A stretch of 40,615 nucleotides of DNA, from positions 1 through 40,615 of the IMG/VR virus record IMGVR_UViG_3300014656_000051; one strand, written 5' to 3'. Below the pieces are notes generated by a model. It was not told where the DNA came from. It worked only from the letters and a program-made list of their open reading frames with translations, and ran no database searches. The position numbers and the translations under genes are program-made. Of the stretch, positions 1 to 8,845 are shown piece after piece (positions within the stretch are counted from its first letter, which is position 1; every line of letters starts with the position of its first letter). The DNA comes from a virus. Its lineage: Duplodnaviria; Caudoviricetes.

Positions 1-139
1 CGATAGCCCGAAAAAGGCCGTTTGCGGGACGTGCTTTTTTCGGCACACTGGAAGCATGTGTACCTTCGGTGAGAGGTGGTTCTATGTGAAGATCGATAGA
101 CCCGCCTGCCGCGCCTATGTTCCACTAGGGAGGCAGTGA
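1..139 (+). CDS. 3' end of a small Cys-rich hypothetical protein (partial)
   Basis: Frame 2 is open from the window edge (DSPKKAVCGTCFF...C...ACRAY...RQ*); TGA at 137-139 lies just before the next ATG. Confidence 0.45.
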   Translation, partial: DSPKKAVCGTCFFRHTGSMCTFGERWFYVKIDRPACRAYVPLGRQ

Positions 140-140
140 T

Positions 141-731
141 ATGCTGTTAGAACAGCCGAAAGTGTATCCGGCAGCCACGATGACGCCCGCCGATGCGCCG
201 GTAGACCCAGCGGAGGGCTACGAACTTGTTCGGAACCTGATTTTTGATCAGGTCCATAAGTTCAGCCGCCGTTACGGTGGTGATTTTGACGAGCTTGTTG
301 GTGAGGCAAACCTGGCTTTTGTGAAAGGCCACAATCAGTTTATCACCGGTATGCGGCCAAGCGGGAAACCGTTCGACACCACCTATGCTACTGAGATTCG
401 CCGGTGGGTGTGGTTCGAGCTGTTTGACGCTATGAGAACGCGCCTGCAACGCCAAGCACGCGCGCAGATGATTTCTGTTGGTGATATGGATTATCCAGTA
501 CAGAGCTTCGAATTCGATGTCACCGATTGGGCTGCTGGGTTGAGTTCTGACGCCAGTTATGTGGTAGAGCTTTTGCTCGACCCGCCGGAGGATGTAGAAG
601 AGATCATCATGGCGAAGGGCGGTGAGCCCCGAAACTTCCGTTCTACGGTGCGTGCTTACCTGGTCGCCTCTGGATGGAGTGCCAGGCGAATCAGCGAAGC
701 GTTCGCAGAGATAAAGGAGGCCCTCGGATGA
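141..731 (+). CDS. Sigma-70 region-2-like protein (putative phage sigma/transcription factor)
   Basis: DFDELVGEANLAFVK...FDTTYATEIRRWVWFELFDAMR resembles the sigma region 2 pattern DL.QEa.l.l.ka...FD....F.TYA...i....d.lR; GGGAGG RBS upstream. Confidence 0.5.
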   Translation: MLLEQPKVYPAATMTPADAPVDPAEGYELVRNLIFDQVHKFSRRYGGDFDELVGEANLAFVKGHNQFITGMRPSGKPFDTTYATEIRRWVWFELFDAMRTRLQRQARAQMISVGDMDYPVQSFEFDVTDWAAGLSSDASYVVELLLDPPEDVEEIIMAKGGEPRNFRSTVRAYLVASGWSARRISEAFAEIKEALG

Positions 732-958
732 AGATCAAATTTTACCGGCGAAGTGGAGAACGTGTGTCGCAGGCGCTGGTCGAACGGGCGAAGAGGAAGC
801 ACGAGGAGAATTTGCGGGAGGGTATAAACGGTCTCGGGCTGGCGATGAAACCGAAACCCGAGGAGGCCGACGCTATTTCTAGGTTGTCCTTGATGGAGTG
901 GTGTCTGTTGACCGATCTGTACACCTACTGCGAGAAGAGGTCGAAGAATGCCAGCTAA
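728..958 (+). CDS. Hypothetical protein (76 aa, MKIKFYRR...)
   Basis: ATGA overlap with the upstream stop; AAGGAGG RBS at about 714-720. Confidence 0.6.
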   Translation: MKIKFYRRSGERVSQALVERAKRKHEENLREGINGLGLAMKPKPEEADAISRLSLMEWCLLTDLYTYCEKRSKNAS

Positions 959-2336
959 GGCTTATCAGTACCAGAAGGAAGGCGTGCTGGACGTCGAGGA
1001 TTTCCTCGACGCTGGTGGTGGTGCGTTGCTGGCCGATGATATGGGGTTGGGTAAAACTCTCCAGGCTTTGTGGCTCCTTTGCCGACAGAGGTTAGGCGGG
1101 ATGTTCCCGGCTCTCGTGGTATGTCCAGCATCTGTGAAGTATATGTGGGAACATGAGGCGCTAGAACATGTGCGCCTCCGTGCCCAGGTACTCGAGGGAC
1201 GTACCCCACCGGCTGGCAGGCTTGGTCTGATCCCGAAATTGATGATTATTAACCCGGACATCCTGATGTCGTGGCTACCGTACCTTTGCCGCATCAATCT
1301 TCAGACACTGGTCCTGGACGAATGTCAGTACTTTACAAACCCGAGGGCAAAGCGGACTAAGGCCGCTATCGACCTGGCCCGGCGTGTTCCATACCGGGTA
1401 GCCTTGAGCGGAACCCCACTGACGAACCGTCCAGCAGAACTTTTCCCCACGCTGCATATGCTCCGGCCTGATGTGTTTCGGTCATTTTACTCGTATGCCC
1501 ACAGGTTTTGTAATCCGCGCCGGACGCCGTGGGGCTGGGATTACAAGGGGGCGGAGAACATCCCGCAGCTACATGCCCTCCTCAAGCGGACGTGTATGGT
1601 GCGTCGTCTTAAGGAGGATGTGTTGAAAGATCTCCCGGCGAAGGTGCGCCGGGTTGTGCCCATGGACCTTGTCGACAGGAATGAATATGCCCACGCTAGT
1701 GCCGATTTCGTGGGGTGGCTTCGGAAGAACTATGACAAGTCGCGTTTGACTAGCGCCCTGCGGGCCGCTGCCGTGACGCGTATTGGCTACCTTTTGCGGC
1801 TGGCTGCTCGGCTGAAGGCACGGAACGTCGTGGAGTGGGCCAACGAATTCCTCTCCGAATACCCGGACGAGAAGCTTGTGTTGTTCGCGGTTCATCAGAA
1901 GATGATCGGTGTGCTCCAGCGCCGGGTAAAGGCGAAGCATATTACTGTGGACGGTAACGTTGTGGGTCGCCGGAGGAAGCTGGCCGTCGACCAGTTTCGG
2001 AAGGACAAACAGACCCGTCTATTTATAGGAAACATCAAGGCCGCTGGTACTGGTGTTGATGGGCTCCAGGAAGTGTGTTCCACGGCGGCATTCTGTGAAC
2101 TATGGTGGCGGCCCGGTGACCACATCCAGGCGGAGGACCGTATCCATCGTATCGGTCAGGATGGTGTGGCCTGGGTGAACTACCTAGTGGCGGGCGGTAC
2201 TATTGAGGAAGATCTATGCCGTATCATCCAGACCAAACAGGAGGTTATACGGGCTACGCTGGATGGTCAGATCTATGACGGGGATATGGATGTGTTCAAC
2301 CAGCTAATTGAGGTGCTAGAGAATGGAAGTGAATAA
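948..2336 (+). CDS. SNF2/HARP-like SF2 helicase
   Basis: LLADDMGLGKT (Walker A), VVCPASV, LDECQ (Walker B), LSGTPLTNRPAEL, QAEDRIHRIGQ (motif VI). Confidence 0.93.
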   Translation: MPAKAYQYQKEGVLDVEDFLDAGGGALLADDMGLGKTLQALWLLCRQRLGGMFPALVVCPASVKYMWEHEALEHVRLRAQVLEGRTPPAGRLGLIPKLMIINPDILMSWLPYLCRINLQTLVLDECQYFTNPRAKRTKAAIDLARRVPYRVALSGTPLTNRPAELFPTLHMLRPDVFRSFYSYAHRFCNPRRTPWGWDYKGAENIPQLHALLKRTCMVRRLKEDVLKDLPAKVRRVVPMDLVDRNEYAHASADFVGWLRKNYDKSRLTSALRAAAVTRIGYLLRLAARLKARNVVEWANEFLSEYPDEKLVLFAVHQKMIGVLQRRVKAKHITVDGNVVGRRRKLAVDQFRKDKQTRLFIGNIKAAGTGVDGLQEVCSTAAFCELWWRPGDHIQAEDRIHRIGQDGVAWVNYLVAGGTIEEDLCRIIQTKQEVIRATLDGQIYDGDMDVFNQLIEVLENGSE

Positions 2337-2502
2337 GCGTCATCATATGACGGGTGTGCATGTTCGGAATGTACCGGTTGTTACGAAAGCGATGTTCAAG
2401 TCGTACTGTGCCTCTCGGGGCTATACCATGCAGGCGGCGGTCATCGCGCTGCTTCGGAGGGCTGTCAATGAGAACATGGCGCTCCCTGAAGCGAGGAAAT
2501 GA
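2323..2502 (+). CDS. Ribbon-helix-helix (Arc/FitA-like) DNA-binding protein, 59 aa
   Basis: Translated by hand, below the ORF-track cutoff: MEVNKRHHMTGVHVRNVPVVTKAMFKSYCASRGYTMQAAVIALLRRAV...; beta-strand then two helices; GAGGTG RBS. Confidence 0.6.
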   Translation: MEVNKRHHMTGVHVRNVPVVTKAMFKSYCASRGYTMQAAVIALLRRAVNENMALPEARK

Positions 2503-2522
2503 TCTAAGAACAGGAGAGAGCC

Positions 2523-3575
2523 ATGCCTAAAATATGCTATATCCCCGAACGCCGGTTTTCCCTGCCCTGGCGTGAGATGATTGATATTGCAAATGCCGTG
2601 CTCGAGGAATATCAAAGGCAGGGGTTCGAACTGACTCTGCGCCAGTTGTATTATCAGTTTGTGGCTCGCAACCTCTTCCCGGAGAACCGGAAGTGGGTAC
2701 AAGAAAACGGCCGTTGGGTGAGAGGTGAGGACGGTACAAAGAACTCCGATCCTAACTATGGTTGGCTTGGTCAGATTGTCAACGATGCCAGGTTGGCCGG
2801 GCTTATCGACTGGAACCACCTCGTCGACCGCACGCGCTACCTCAGAACCATCACCCATTTCGACGATGCTCAGGATGCCCTTGTGCAGCTTGCCAGGTGG
2901 TATCATGTTGATATGTGGGAGCGGCAGAAAGTGCGGCCGGAGGTGTGGGTTGAAAAGGATGCCCTCGTAGGTGTGGTAGCGAAATCATGTGAGCCGCTGG
3001 ACGTTCCATACTTTTCCTGCCGTGGTTATACCTCGCAAAGCGAAATGTGGCGGGCCGCCCAGAGGCTGTTGCACTGGCACAATGCCGGATATGACACCCT
3101 CATTATTCACCTTGGCGACCACGACCCCAGTGGTATTGACATGAGCCGGGACATTTTCGACCGCATCGAAATGTTCATGGGCGGCACCGAATTTACTCGT
3201 ATTGCCCTTAACATGGACCAGGTGGAAAGGTATAAACCCCCGCCTAATCCTGCGAAGGTGACGGACAGCCGGTGTAGTGCTTATGTTGAGGAATATGGCG
3301 ATGAGAGCTGGGAACTAGATGCGCTGGAGCCCGCCGTAATAAACGACCTTATTACTGAGGTGGTGGAGGCCCGGAGGAACGACGATGTCTACGAGGAGGA
3401 CTGTGCTCGGAGGGCGGGAGTAAAGGCCCGGCTTACCAAGCTTGGGGCTGGGTGGGGTAGTAACGCCAATCTGCCACCGGACGAGCTGGCCCGTCGGTTG
3501 TGTGAGAAAATACACGAGCTCGATGTTAGGGAATCTCTCGAGGAATGGCTGAACGAAGAAAGTGAGGAGGAATGA
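2523..3575 (+). CDS. Topoisomerase VI subunit A/Spo11-like wHTH-TOPRIM protein
   Basis: LTLRQLYYQ (wHTH with candidate catalytic Tyr), EVWVEKDAL (TOPRIM Glu), HLGDHDPSG (DxD), WELDALEP; AGGAGAG RBS. Confidence 0.75.
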   Translation: MPKICYIPERRFSLPWREMIDIANAVLEEYQRQGFELTLRQLYYQFVARNLFPENRKWVQENGRWVRGEDGTKNSDPNYGWLGQIVNDARLAGLIDWNHLVDRTRYLRTITHFDDAQDALVQLARWYHVDMWERQKVRPEVWVEKDALVGVVAKSCEPLDVPYFSCRGYTSQSEMWRAAQRLLHWHNAGYDTLIIHLGDHDPSGIDMSRDIFDRIEMFMGGTEFTRIALNMDQVERYKPPPNPAKVTDSRCSAYVEEYGDESWELDALEPAVINDLITEVVEARRNDDVYEEDCARRAGVKARLTKLGAGWGSNANLPPDELARRLCEKIHELDVRESLEEWLNEESEEE

Positions 3576-3772
3576 GATGGGAAAACGCTTTCCATTGTGA
3601 GGCACAAATGAAGCGTAAGCATCTCGATGCAACGGCGAAACGTGTCGAGGAAGTGTGTGCTGTGGAGGATTGTGTGTGTGACAGATGTGGTAGCACAGAC
3701 AGAGTAGCAGAGGGTACGACAAGGAAGACATGTGGGTTGAAGCTCTGTCTAAGATGTGTGCAAGAGTACTAA
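3572..3772 (+). CDS. Small Zn-finger protein
   Basis: CDRC...CLRC motifs; ATGA coupling; GAGGAGG upstream. Confidence 0.55.
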   Translation: MRWENAFHCEAQMKRKHLDATAKRVEEVCAVEDCVCDRCGSTDRVAEGTTRKTCGLKLCLRCVQEY

Positions 3773-3794
3773 CAAGAGTATCAATAGGAAGAAT

Positions 3795-4667
3795 ATGCCT
3801 AAAATATGTGACGTCCTCATAGAACACAACATCCCTCATGCTGGGGCGGAACACAAGCACGGCCGTCCTGGCTGGGTGCAGGTGGACTGCCCATGGTGTG
3901 GCTCGAACACCAGCAAGTTTCATCTTGGCATCTCGCTCAGCACGGGCGCATCGTCGTGCTGGCGCTGTGGACGAAAGAACACCGCCCGTGTTCTAGCTAT
4001 GCTCACAGGCGCATCACAGCGGGCGATGCGCGAACGGATAGACAGCGCTGCCTATGAGACCCCGACTGTACGCAGAACCGGCCGTCTCGTGCTACCAGCG
4101 GGTCGAACGCCTTTACTACCGGGCCACCATACCTATCTGGCCGCTCGCGGTTTAGACGCCGCCCAGGTGGTTGATTTGTGGGGCGTGGAAGGTCTAGGTC
4201 AGACCGCCCGGTTGCCGTGGCGGCTGTTTATCCCGATACACCATCACGGGGAGATTGTCTCGTGGACGACGCGTTCTATCCAGCCCGGAGCGCGGCTGCG
4301 GTATATTAGCGCTAGCGCGGGGGAAGAATCTGTGCCGCACAAATCGATCCTTTACGGGACGGACTACGCCCGGCACGCTATTATCATTCATGAGGGGCCG
4401 ATTGATGTGTGGGCTACCGGCCCCGGTGCCGTGGCCACTTGCGGCACGGCATACACGGAGGCTCAGCTCAAGGCGATGTCTCGCTATGCTATCCGGGTCG
4501 TGTGTTTTGATGCCGGGGCCGAGGCCCAAGCGAGGGCTCGGGGTTTAGCGGATGTGCTGTCTGTTTACTCGGGCATGACCTACAATGTTCAACTTGAGAC
4601 CGGTGAGGATGCGGCGGCGGCGGACCCAGCAGAGGTGGCGGAACTTCGCAGAACTTTTTTGGAATAA
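3795..4667 (+). CDS. DnaG-like primase (Zn-binding domain plus TOPRIM)
   Basis: CPWC...CWRC Zn ribbon, YLAARG, LFIPI, IHEGPIDVW, VCFDA; start inferred at MPKIC (AGGAAG RBS). Confidence 0.75.
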   Translation: MPKICDVLIEHNIPHAGAEHKHGRPGWVQVDCPWCGSNTSKFHLGISLSTGASSCWRCGRKNTARVLAMLTGASQRAMRERIDSAAYETPTVRRTGRLVLPAGRTPLLPGHHTYLAARGLDAAQVVDLWGVEGLGQTARLPWRLFIPIHHHGEIVSWTTRSIQPGARLRYISASAGEESVPHKSILYGTDYARHAIIIHEGPIDVWATGPGAVATCGTAYTEAQLKAMSRYAIRVVCFDAGAEAQARARGLADVLSVYSGMTYNVQLETGEDAAAADPAEVAELRRTFLE

Positions 4668-4691
4668 TCGCAAAATATTTGAAGAAACCCC

Positions 4692-4720
4692 TTGACTTTT
4701 CGGTTTCGTTGTGTTAAAAT
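4692..4720 (+). promoter_or_regulatory. Sigma70-type promoter for the small early ORF cluster
   Basis: TTGACT-17 nt-TAAAAT with extended TG, in an AT-rich intergenic gap. Confidence 0.8.
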
Positions 4721-4765
4721 AATAATGTAACGAACAGTTGAACCCGAACCAAGGAGGACAGGAAG

Positions 4766-4960
4766 ATGACAAGACGGGAAATTGAGCAGAAGCTGGCAGG
4801 CCTCTGGGACGAGATGGGTGAATGCGAGGCCGTTGAGTATGAGGACGGTGTCACCCAAGGCGAGCTCGAAGAGGCCGAGCACAGGCTGAACGAACTGATG
4901 CGCGAGTCAGAGCGGCTCGACGCGCAGTTGCTTGTGCTTACCGCAGAGGAGACAGAATGA
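4766..4960 (+). CDS. Acidic coiled-coil hypothetical protein
   Basis: AAGGAGG RBS; first ORF after the promoter. Confidence 0.7.
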   Translation: MTRREIEQKLAGLWDEMGECEAVEYEDGVTQGELEEAEHRLNELMRESERLDAQLLVLTAEETE

Positions 4961-5124
4961 TGCAGACGGTATGGATGGTAAGCAGCGGCGGCGAGGAAAT
5001 GCGTGGTTACGCGAGCAACCGCGCCTATGAGAATGAAGAAGGGCTGCGTGAAGTGCATGTGCGTGTGAGGGTGCGCGGTACACGCACCCTCACCTGCTAC
5101 GCTATCGAGTTCGAGGTTCTTTGA
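4957..5124 (+). CDS. Hypothetical protein (55 aa, MMQTVWMV...)
   Basis: ATGA overlap, GAGGAG RBS; translated by hand. Confidence 0.55.
   Translation: MMQTVWMVSSGGEEMRGYASNRAYENEEGLREVHVRVRVRGTRTLTCYAIEFEVL
5065..5093. repeat. Perfect 11-bp inverted repeat (7-nt loop)
   Basis: GTGAGGGTGCG-cggtaca-CGCACCCTCAC. Confidence 0.8.
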
Positions 5125-5152
5125 CTGAGGCCGACACTGAGGAGACCGAACG

Positions 5153-5374
5153 ATGGGACAGACGGTTGCGGAACTACTCGAGCAGGTGAAGAAGAAACGG
5201 GCGAGGGAGGAGTTGACGGACAGCATCCGGTGGGAGGAAAAACCGAAGGACGCGCCGCGTTGGTGGCGTATCAAGACGCTCGGCGATAAGATGCCCTGGC
5301 GAAACAGCCATGTCAGGGCGTTGGGGGACTTCACGCAGCACGTTTGGGAGACACGACATGAACTACGATCCTGA
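5153..5374 (+). CDS. Hypothetical protein
   Basis: GAGGAG RBS; ORF in a tightly packed cluster. Confidence 0.6.
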   Translation: MGQTVAELLEQVKKKRAREELTDSIRWEEKPKDAPRWWRIKTLGDKMPWRNSHVRALGDFTQHVWETRHELRS

Positions 5375-5567
5375 AAACGACAAGTGGTTGAGGCTCTGGC
5401 TCGACCAGGCCCGTTCGTACCTCGTAGCGGCCGTCACCCACCGTAAGGCTGGAGACATCGACAATGCCAACCTGGCGTATTACGAACTGGCTACCCTGGG
5501 AAACCTCATCAAACAGTCGGCGGACATGCAAACTTGTGTGTTGCCAGGACCACCGGAGGAGCTATGA
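5358..5567 (+). CDS. Hypothetical protein (MNYDPEND...)
   Basis: GGGAG RBS; overlaps its neighbours. Confidence 0.6.
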   Translation: MNYDPENDKWLRLWLDQARSYLVAAVTHRKAGDIDNANLAYYELATLGNLIKQSADMQTCVLPGPPEEL

Positions 5568-5830
5568 CAGCGAAGGAGTATGTGGCGGAGACCAAGAGCC
5601 GGATTGCCTATGCGCCGAGGAAGGCCGAGCACCATCCTAACCTGGTTGGATGGCGTGTTTTGTGTGATGATTCCGAGGTTGTCCTTTGTGCGGGCTGTGC
5701 TGCGCGGATCTTAGCGCGTGGGTTTCTGCTCAACGGGTCACCTGGGATGGTGCCCATGGCCGTGTGGTTAGATGATCCCTACGACCTGTGTGGCCCGTGT
5801 GTGTGTTGTGAAGGAGGGTGCCAGACATGA
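5564..5830 (+). CDS. Cys-rich hypothetical protein (MTAKEY...)
   Basis: GGAGGAG RBS, ATGA overlap, CAGC and CVCC motifs. Confidence 0.6.
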   Translation: MTAKEYVAETKSRIAYAPRKAEHHPNLVGWRVLCDDSEVVLCAGCAARILARGFLLNGSPGMVPMAVWLDDPYDLCGPCVCCEGGCQT

Positions 5831-6000
5831 CCAAGCACGAGAAGCGGAGGCAGCTCAAGCGGAAGCGGGAGAAGAGGCGGGAGGCCAAAATCAGGAAGGT
5901 GGCACTGAGCGAGGCCGACAAGTCCTGGCGCAGGGCCAAGTACCTGCTGAAGATTGGCGAGTTCTCGGAGAAAGGAAAGAAACATGAAGAAGGATCTTGA
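5827..6000 (+). CDS. Highly basic small protein
   Basis: GAAGGAGG RBS, ATGA overlap, K/R-rich. Confidence 0.55.
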   Translation: MTKHEKRRQLKRKREKRREAKIRKVALSEADKSWRRAKYLLKIGEFSEKGKKHEEGS

Positions 6001-6139
6001 GAAGTTGGACGTGGCACGGGCACGGGTAGGCGAAGTGTTTGATTCAGATTCGATAGACAACACCCTCAAAGCGATCCGCGACATGCTTGTGGAGCTCGCG
6101 GAGCGTGTAAAAACACTGGAAAAAGACCTCTGTGGGTAA
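5984..6139 (+). CDS. Small coiled-coil protein (MKKDLEKL...)
   Basis: AAAGGAAAG upstream; heptad pattern. Confidence 0.55.
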   Translation: MKKDLEKLDVARARVGEVFDSDSIDNTLKAIRDMLVELAERVKTLEKDLCG

Positions 6140-6162
6140 CCGCGTTCGTCCAGAAGGTAGCC

Positions 6163-6309
6163 ATGTCCATCGAGTTAGAAGAAGAACCCGAATTTGTGAT
6201 TATGCCCTGCCCGATGTGTGGAGCGGAGACCGATCCTCGCGCGCCTTGGTTTGGAGAATACTGGTATAAATGCCGACAGTGTGGTTGGGATTGGACCGGG
6301 AAGCCGTAA
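6163..6309 (+). CDS. Zn-ribbon protein (48 aa)
   Basis: Translated by hand: MSIELEEEPEFVIMPCPMCG...YKCRQCGWDW; AAGGTAG RBS. Confidence 0.6.
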   Translation: MSIELEEEPEFVIMPCPMCGAETDPRAPWFGEYWYKCRQCGWDWTGKP

Positions 6310-6337
6310 TTGCGTTTTTCACTGTTACAAAGTATGC

Positions 6338-6366
6338 TTGCGAGTAGGTGGGAAAAGCGGTATAAT
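6338..6366 (+). promoter_or_regulatory. Sigma70-type promoter upstream of the terminase genes
   Basis: TTGCGA-17 nt-TATAAT, followed by a GAGGAGG RBS. Confidence 0.8.
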
Positions 6367-6386
6367 AGGCCTCGAGGAGGCCCAAC

Positions 6387-7157
6387 ATGCCCATCAGTAA
6401 GTTCGAGAACACAATGTATGTCACGGCCTATGAACTCGCCCGTGACGGTCTCCCAGATAAGCAGATTGCGCAGGCCCTGGGGGTGGCCCAAAACACCCTC
6501 GTCGCATGGTGCAGGTACCGCCCCGCCCTGGCCGACGCCCTGGCCCGAGGACGCCGCCACAGGGACCCTGGAAACGAGCTGACTTTCCACCAGTACATCT
6601 ATGACCATCTCTCGCCCAACCTTAAAGATCTGTGGGACGAGATTAACGAGTGTGAGGAGCTTGAAAACGGCATGGAGCGTATGGAGGCCCTGTTCAAGTA
6701 TCACGGAAAACGTGCCCGTCAGCATCTGTTCGTGTACTCCCTCACGCAATCAATGTTCAATATCAGCCAGAGCCTTCGCAAGCTCGGTATCCCACGGAAG
6801 ACCTATGAGGGCTGGTGTGCTAACGACCCGGAATTTCACGAACTGATGGACGAGATCCACTGGCACAAAAAGAACTTCTTCGAACAGGCTTTTATCGGCC
6901 GAGTAGCCTGTGGGGATACTGCCGCCGTTATCCATGCGGTGAAAACGAAATGCAGGGACCGGGGCTACAGCGAAAAGATCGAAATCGAGCATACCGGCAC
7001 CCTACAGCATGAGCACACCATACGCATTGTGGACCTAGACCTCGACCTTGAGACCAGGAAGAAGGTGCTTGATGCCCTGCGGGCGAAGCAGCAGGCGCTT
7101 GATGCCCTACGGGCCAAACAGCAGGGAGCGTTGGTTGACCTATGTCAGGGGCCATAA
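6387..7157 (+). CDS. terS: Terminase small subunit (HTH-containing)
   Basis: N-terminal HTH (GLPDKQIAQALGVAQNTL), a second HTH-like segment and GDTAAVI..KTK.RDRGYSEK; directly upstream of terL. Confidence 0.7.
   Translation: MPISKFENTMYVTAYELARDGLPDKQIAQALGVAQNTLVAWCRYRPALADALARGRRHRDPGNELTFHQYIYDHLSPNLKDLWDEINECEELENGMERMEALFKYHGKRARQHLFVYSLTQSMFNISQSLRKLGIPRKTYEGWCANDPEFHELMDEIHWHKKNFFEQAFIGRVACGDTAAVIHAVKTKCRDRGYSEKIEIEHTGTLQHEHTIRIVDLDLDLETRKKVLDALRAKQQALDALRAKQQGALVDLCQGP
7068..7127 (+). repeat. 30-nt tandem duplication (LDALRAKQQA/LDALRAKQQG)
   Basis: Two near-identical 30-nt units seen directly. Confidence 0.85.
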
Positions 7158-8650
7158 CACCGCACAGTGCCGTTCCAGGGGCTAATATCACTGTGAATGA
7201 GGCCGAGCTGGTCCGGTCCATCTGCCACGAAAGTTTCTATGCTTTCCTTCAGGAGTTCTGGTACGTCGTAGTCCCCGAAAAACCGGTTTGGAACTGGCAC
7301 ATCGAATATCTTTGCAACACTTTCCAGAAGGGCGCAGAAAGAGTGTTCCGAGGAGAACCAAAACTACACGACACCATCGTGAACATCCCGCCCGGTACGA
7401 CCAAATCGACCATCCTAAGCATCATGGCCCCGGCATGGCTCCACGCCCGCCGCCCGGACATCCGTGTCCTTGCCGCCTCCCACACACAGAACCTCACGTT
7501 TGAATTAGGAAGGAAATGTCGTATGGTGGAGGAAAGCGAACTCTACCGAAAAGTCTTCCCTGAGGTAAAGCCCAGCCACGACCAATGGACAAAAAGCCTG
7601 TTCATGAACGATGCCGGGGGAGGCCGAATGGCTTGCACTGTAGGAGGAATGTCTCCCGTAGGATTCCACGCCCATTTCATCATCGTTGACGACCCCCTCG
7701 ATCCTCAGCAAGCCAGCCGTGTATCTGAGGTGGAGCTTGGTATGGCAAACAACTTCATGTCAGAAGTGCTTCCTACCCGTAAGGTAGACAAAGACGTGAC
7801 GATCACCTGGCTTATTATGCAGCGCCTGCATCAGAACGATCCTAGTGGATTCCTCCTGAGCAAGTCGAAGGAGAACATCCGCCACATCTGCTTGCCTGCA
7901 GAACGTAGCCCCAAGGTCAAGCCGGTACGTCTCCGCCGCAGGTATACCGAGGATGGCCTCCTTGACCCTGTCCGGCTTTCAAGGAGTATTCTTGATGAAG
8001 CCAAGATTGACCTTGGGGAGTACGGTTATGCCGGACAATATCAACAGCATCCAGTGCCCCGAGGTGGGGGTATGTTCAAGACAGAAAGGATAGAGATAGA
8101 CGTCCCGCCGCCGCTCACATCTAAGCATTGGGTCGGGCTTTGTAGGTTTTGGGACAAGGCAGGCACAGCAGGAGGTGGGGCTTACACCGTTGGTTTCCTA
8201 ATGGGACGATGGCGGCCTGCTGGAGCCCCTAAAGACGGCTCGGATGATAATTGGTGGATCCTGGACGTTGTTCGCGAACAGCTCGATAGCGGTGAGCGCG
8301 AGAGACTGATAAAGGCCGTAACACACCGGGATGGAAAGCGCGTAATTGTTGGCTTGGAACAGGAGCCTGGGTCGGGCGGTAAGGAGAGCGCTCAAGCAAC
8401 CGTGAAGCGTCTGGCTGGGTATCGGGTTCGGGTGGTGCCTGCCGTGGGGAGCAAGGAAGAACGGGCCGACGAGTGGAGCACCCAGGTCAATATGGGGGTG
8501 TTTAAGATGAGGGAAGCCCAGTGGAACATCACTCTAGTCGATGAGATGCGGTATTTTCCATTCTCAGCCTACAAGGACCAGGTGGATGCAGGTGCTGGTG
8601 CTTTTACCATCCTGGCGAACCTCTCTAGGCGTGTGGGCGGTGTCACATAG
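7142..8650 (+). CDS. terL: Terminase large subunit
   Basis: NIPPGTTKS (Walker A variant), IVDDPLDP, IMQRLH.ND, YAGQYQQHP, RFWDKA, KDQVDA nuclease motifs. Confidence 0.93.
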   Translation: MSGAITPHSAVPGANITVNEAELVRSICHESFYAFLQEFWYVVVPEKPVWNWHIEYLCNTFQKGAERVFRGEPKLHDTIVNIPPGTTKSTILSIMAPAWLHARRPDIRVLAASHTQNLTFELGRKCRMVEESELYRKVFPEVKPSHDQWTKSLFMNDAGGGRMACTVGGMSPVGFHAHFIIVDDPLDPQQASRVSEVELGMANNFMSEVLPTRKVDKDVTITWLIMQRLHQNDPSGFLLSKSKENIRHICLPAERSPKVKPVRLRRRYTEDGLLDPVRLSRSILDEAKIDLGEYGYAGQYQQHPVPRGGGMFKTERIEIDVPPPLTSKHWVGLCRFWDKAGTAGGGAYTVGFLMGRWRPAGAPKDGSDDNWWILDVVREQLDSGERERLIKAVTHRDGKRVIVGLEQEPGSGGKESAQATVKRLAGYRVRVVPAVGSKEERADEWSTQVNMGVFKMREAQWNITLVDEMRYFPFSAYKDQVDAGAGAFTILANLSRRVGGVT

Positions 8651-8678
8651 ATACTCGTGCCATCGAGGAGGCAGGCCG

Positions 8679-8825
8679 GTGAAGATCGTCCTAAAAACGA
8701 TACTGAGGTGCGGTGTGTCACGACAGCGGGATATAGCTGTGGGTACAGCGGCACGGGCCGTGCTAAGAGCGGAGGAAGTGTATGAGGAAACGAAGGGGTT
8801 GAGGCACTTGCGCGGTGTGTTATAA
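8679..8825 (+). CDS. Hypothetical protein (48 aa, GTG start)
   Basis: GAGGAGG RBS before the GTG. Confidence 0.4.
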   Translation: MKIVLKTILRCGVSRQRDIAVGTAARAVLRAEEVYEETKGLRHLRGVL

Positions 8826-8826
8826 T
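8799..8826 (+). promoter_or_regulatory. Extended -10 promoter
   Basis: TTGAGG-16 nt-TATAAT with TGn extension; GAGGAG RBS downstream. Confidence 0.6.
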
Positions 8827-8845
8827 GTGAGAGAGGAGACCGGAG

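Noticed and set aside
8-43. CCGAAAAA/TTTTTCGG inverted repeat as a terminator
   Set aside because: The stem is A/T-rich with a long loop and lies within a probable coding frame.
7068-7127. Tandem duplication at the TerS C-terminus as a functional system
   Set aside because: It is a single in-frame 10-aa duplication, most likely slippage; kept only as a feature.
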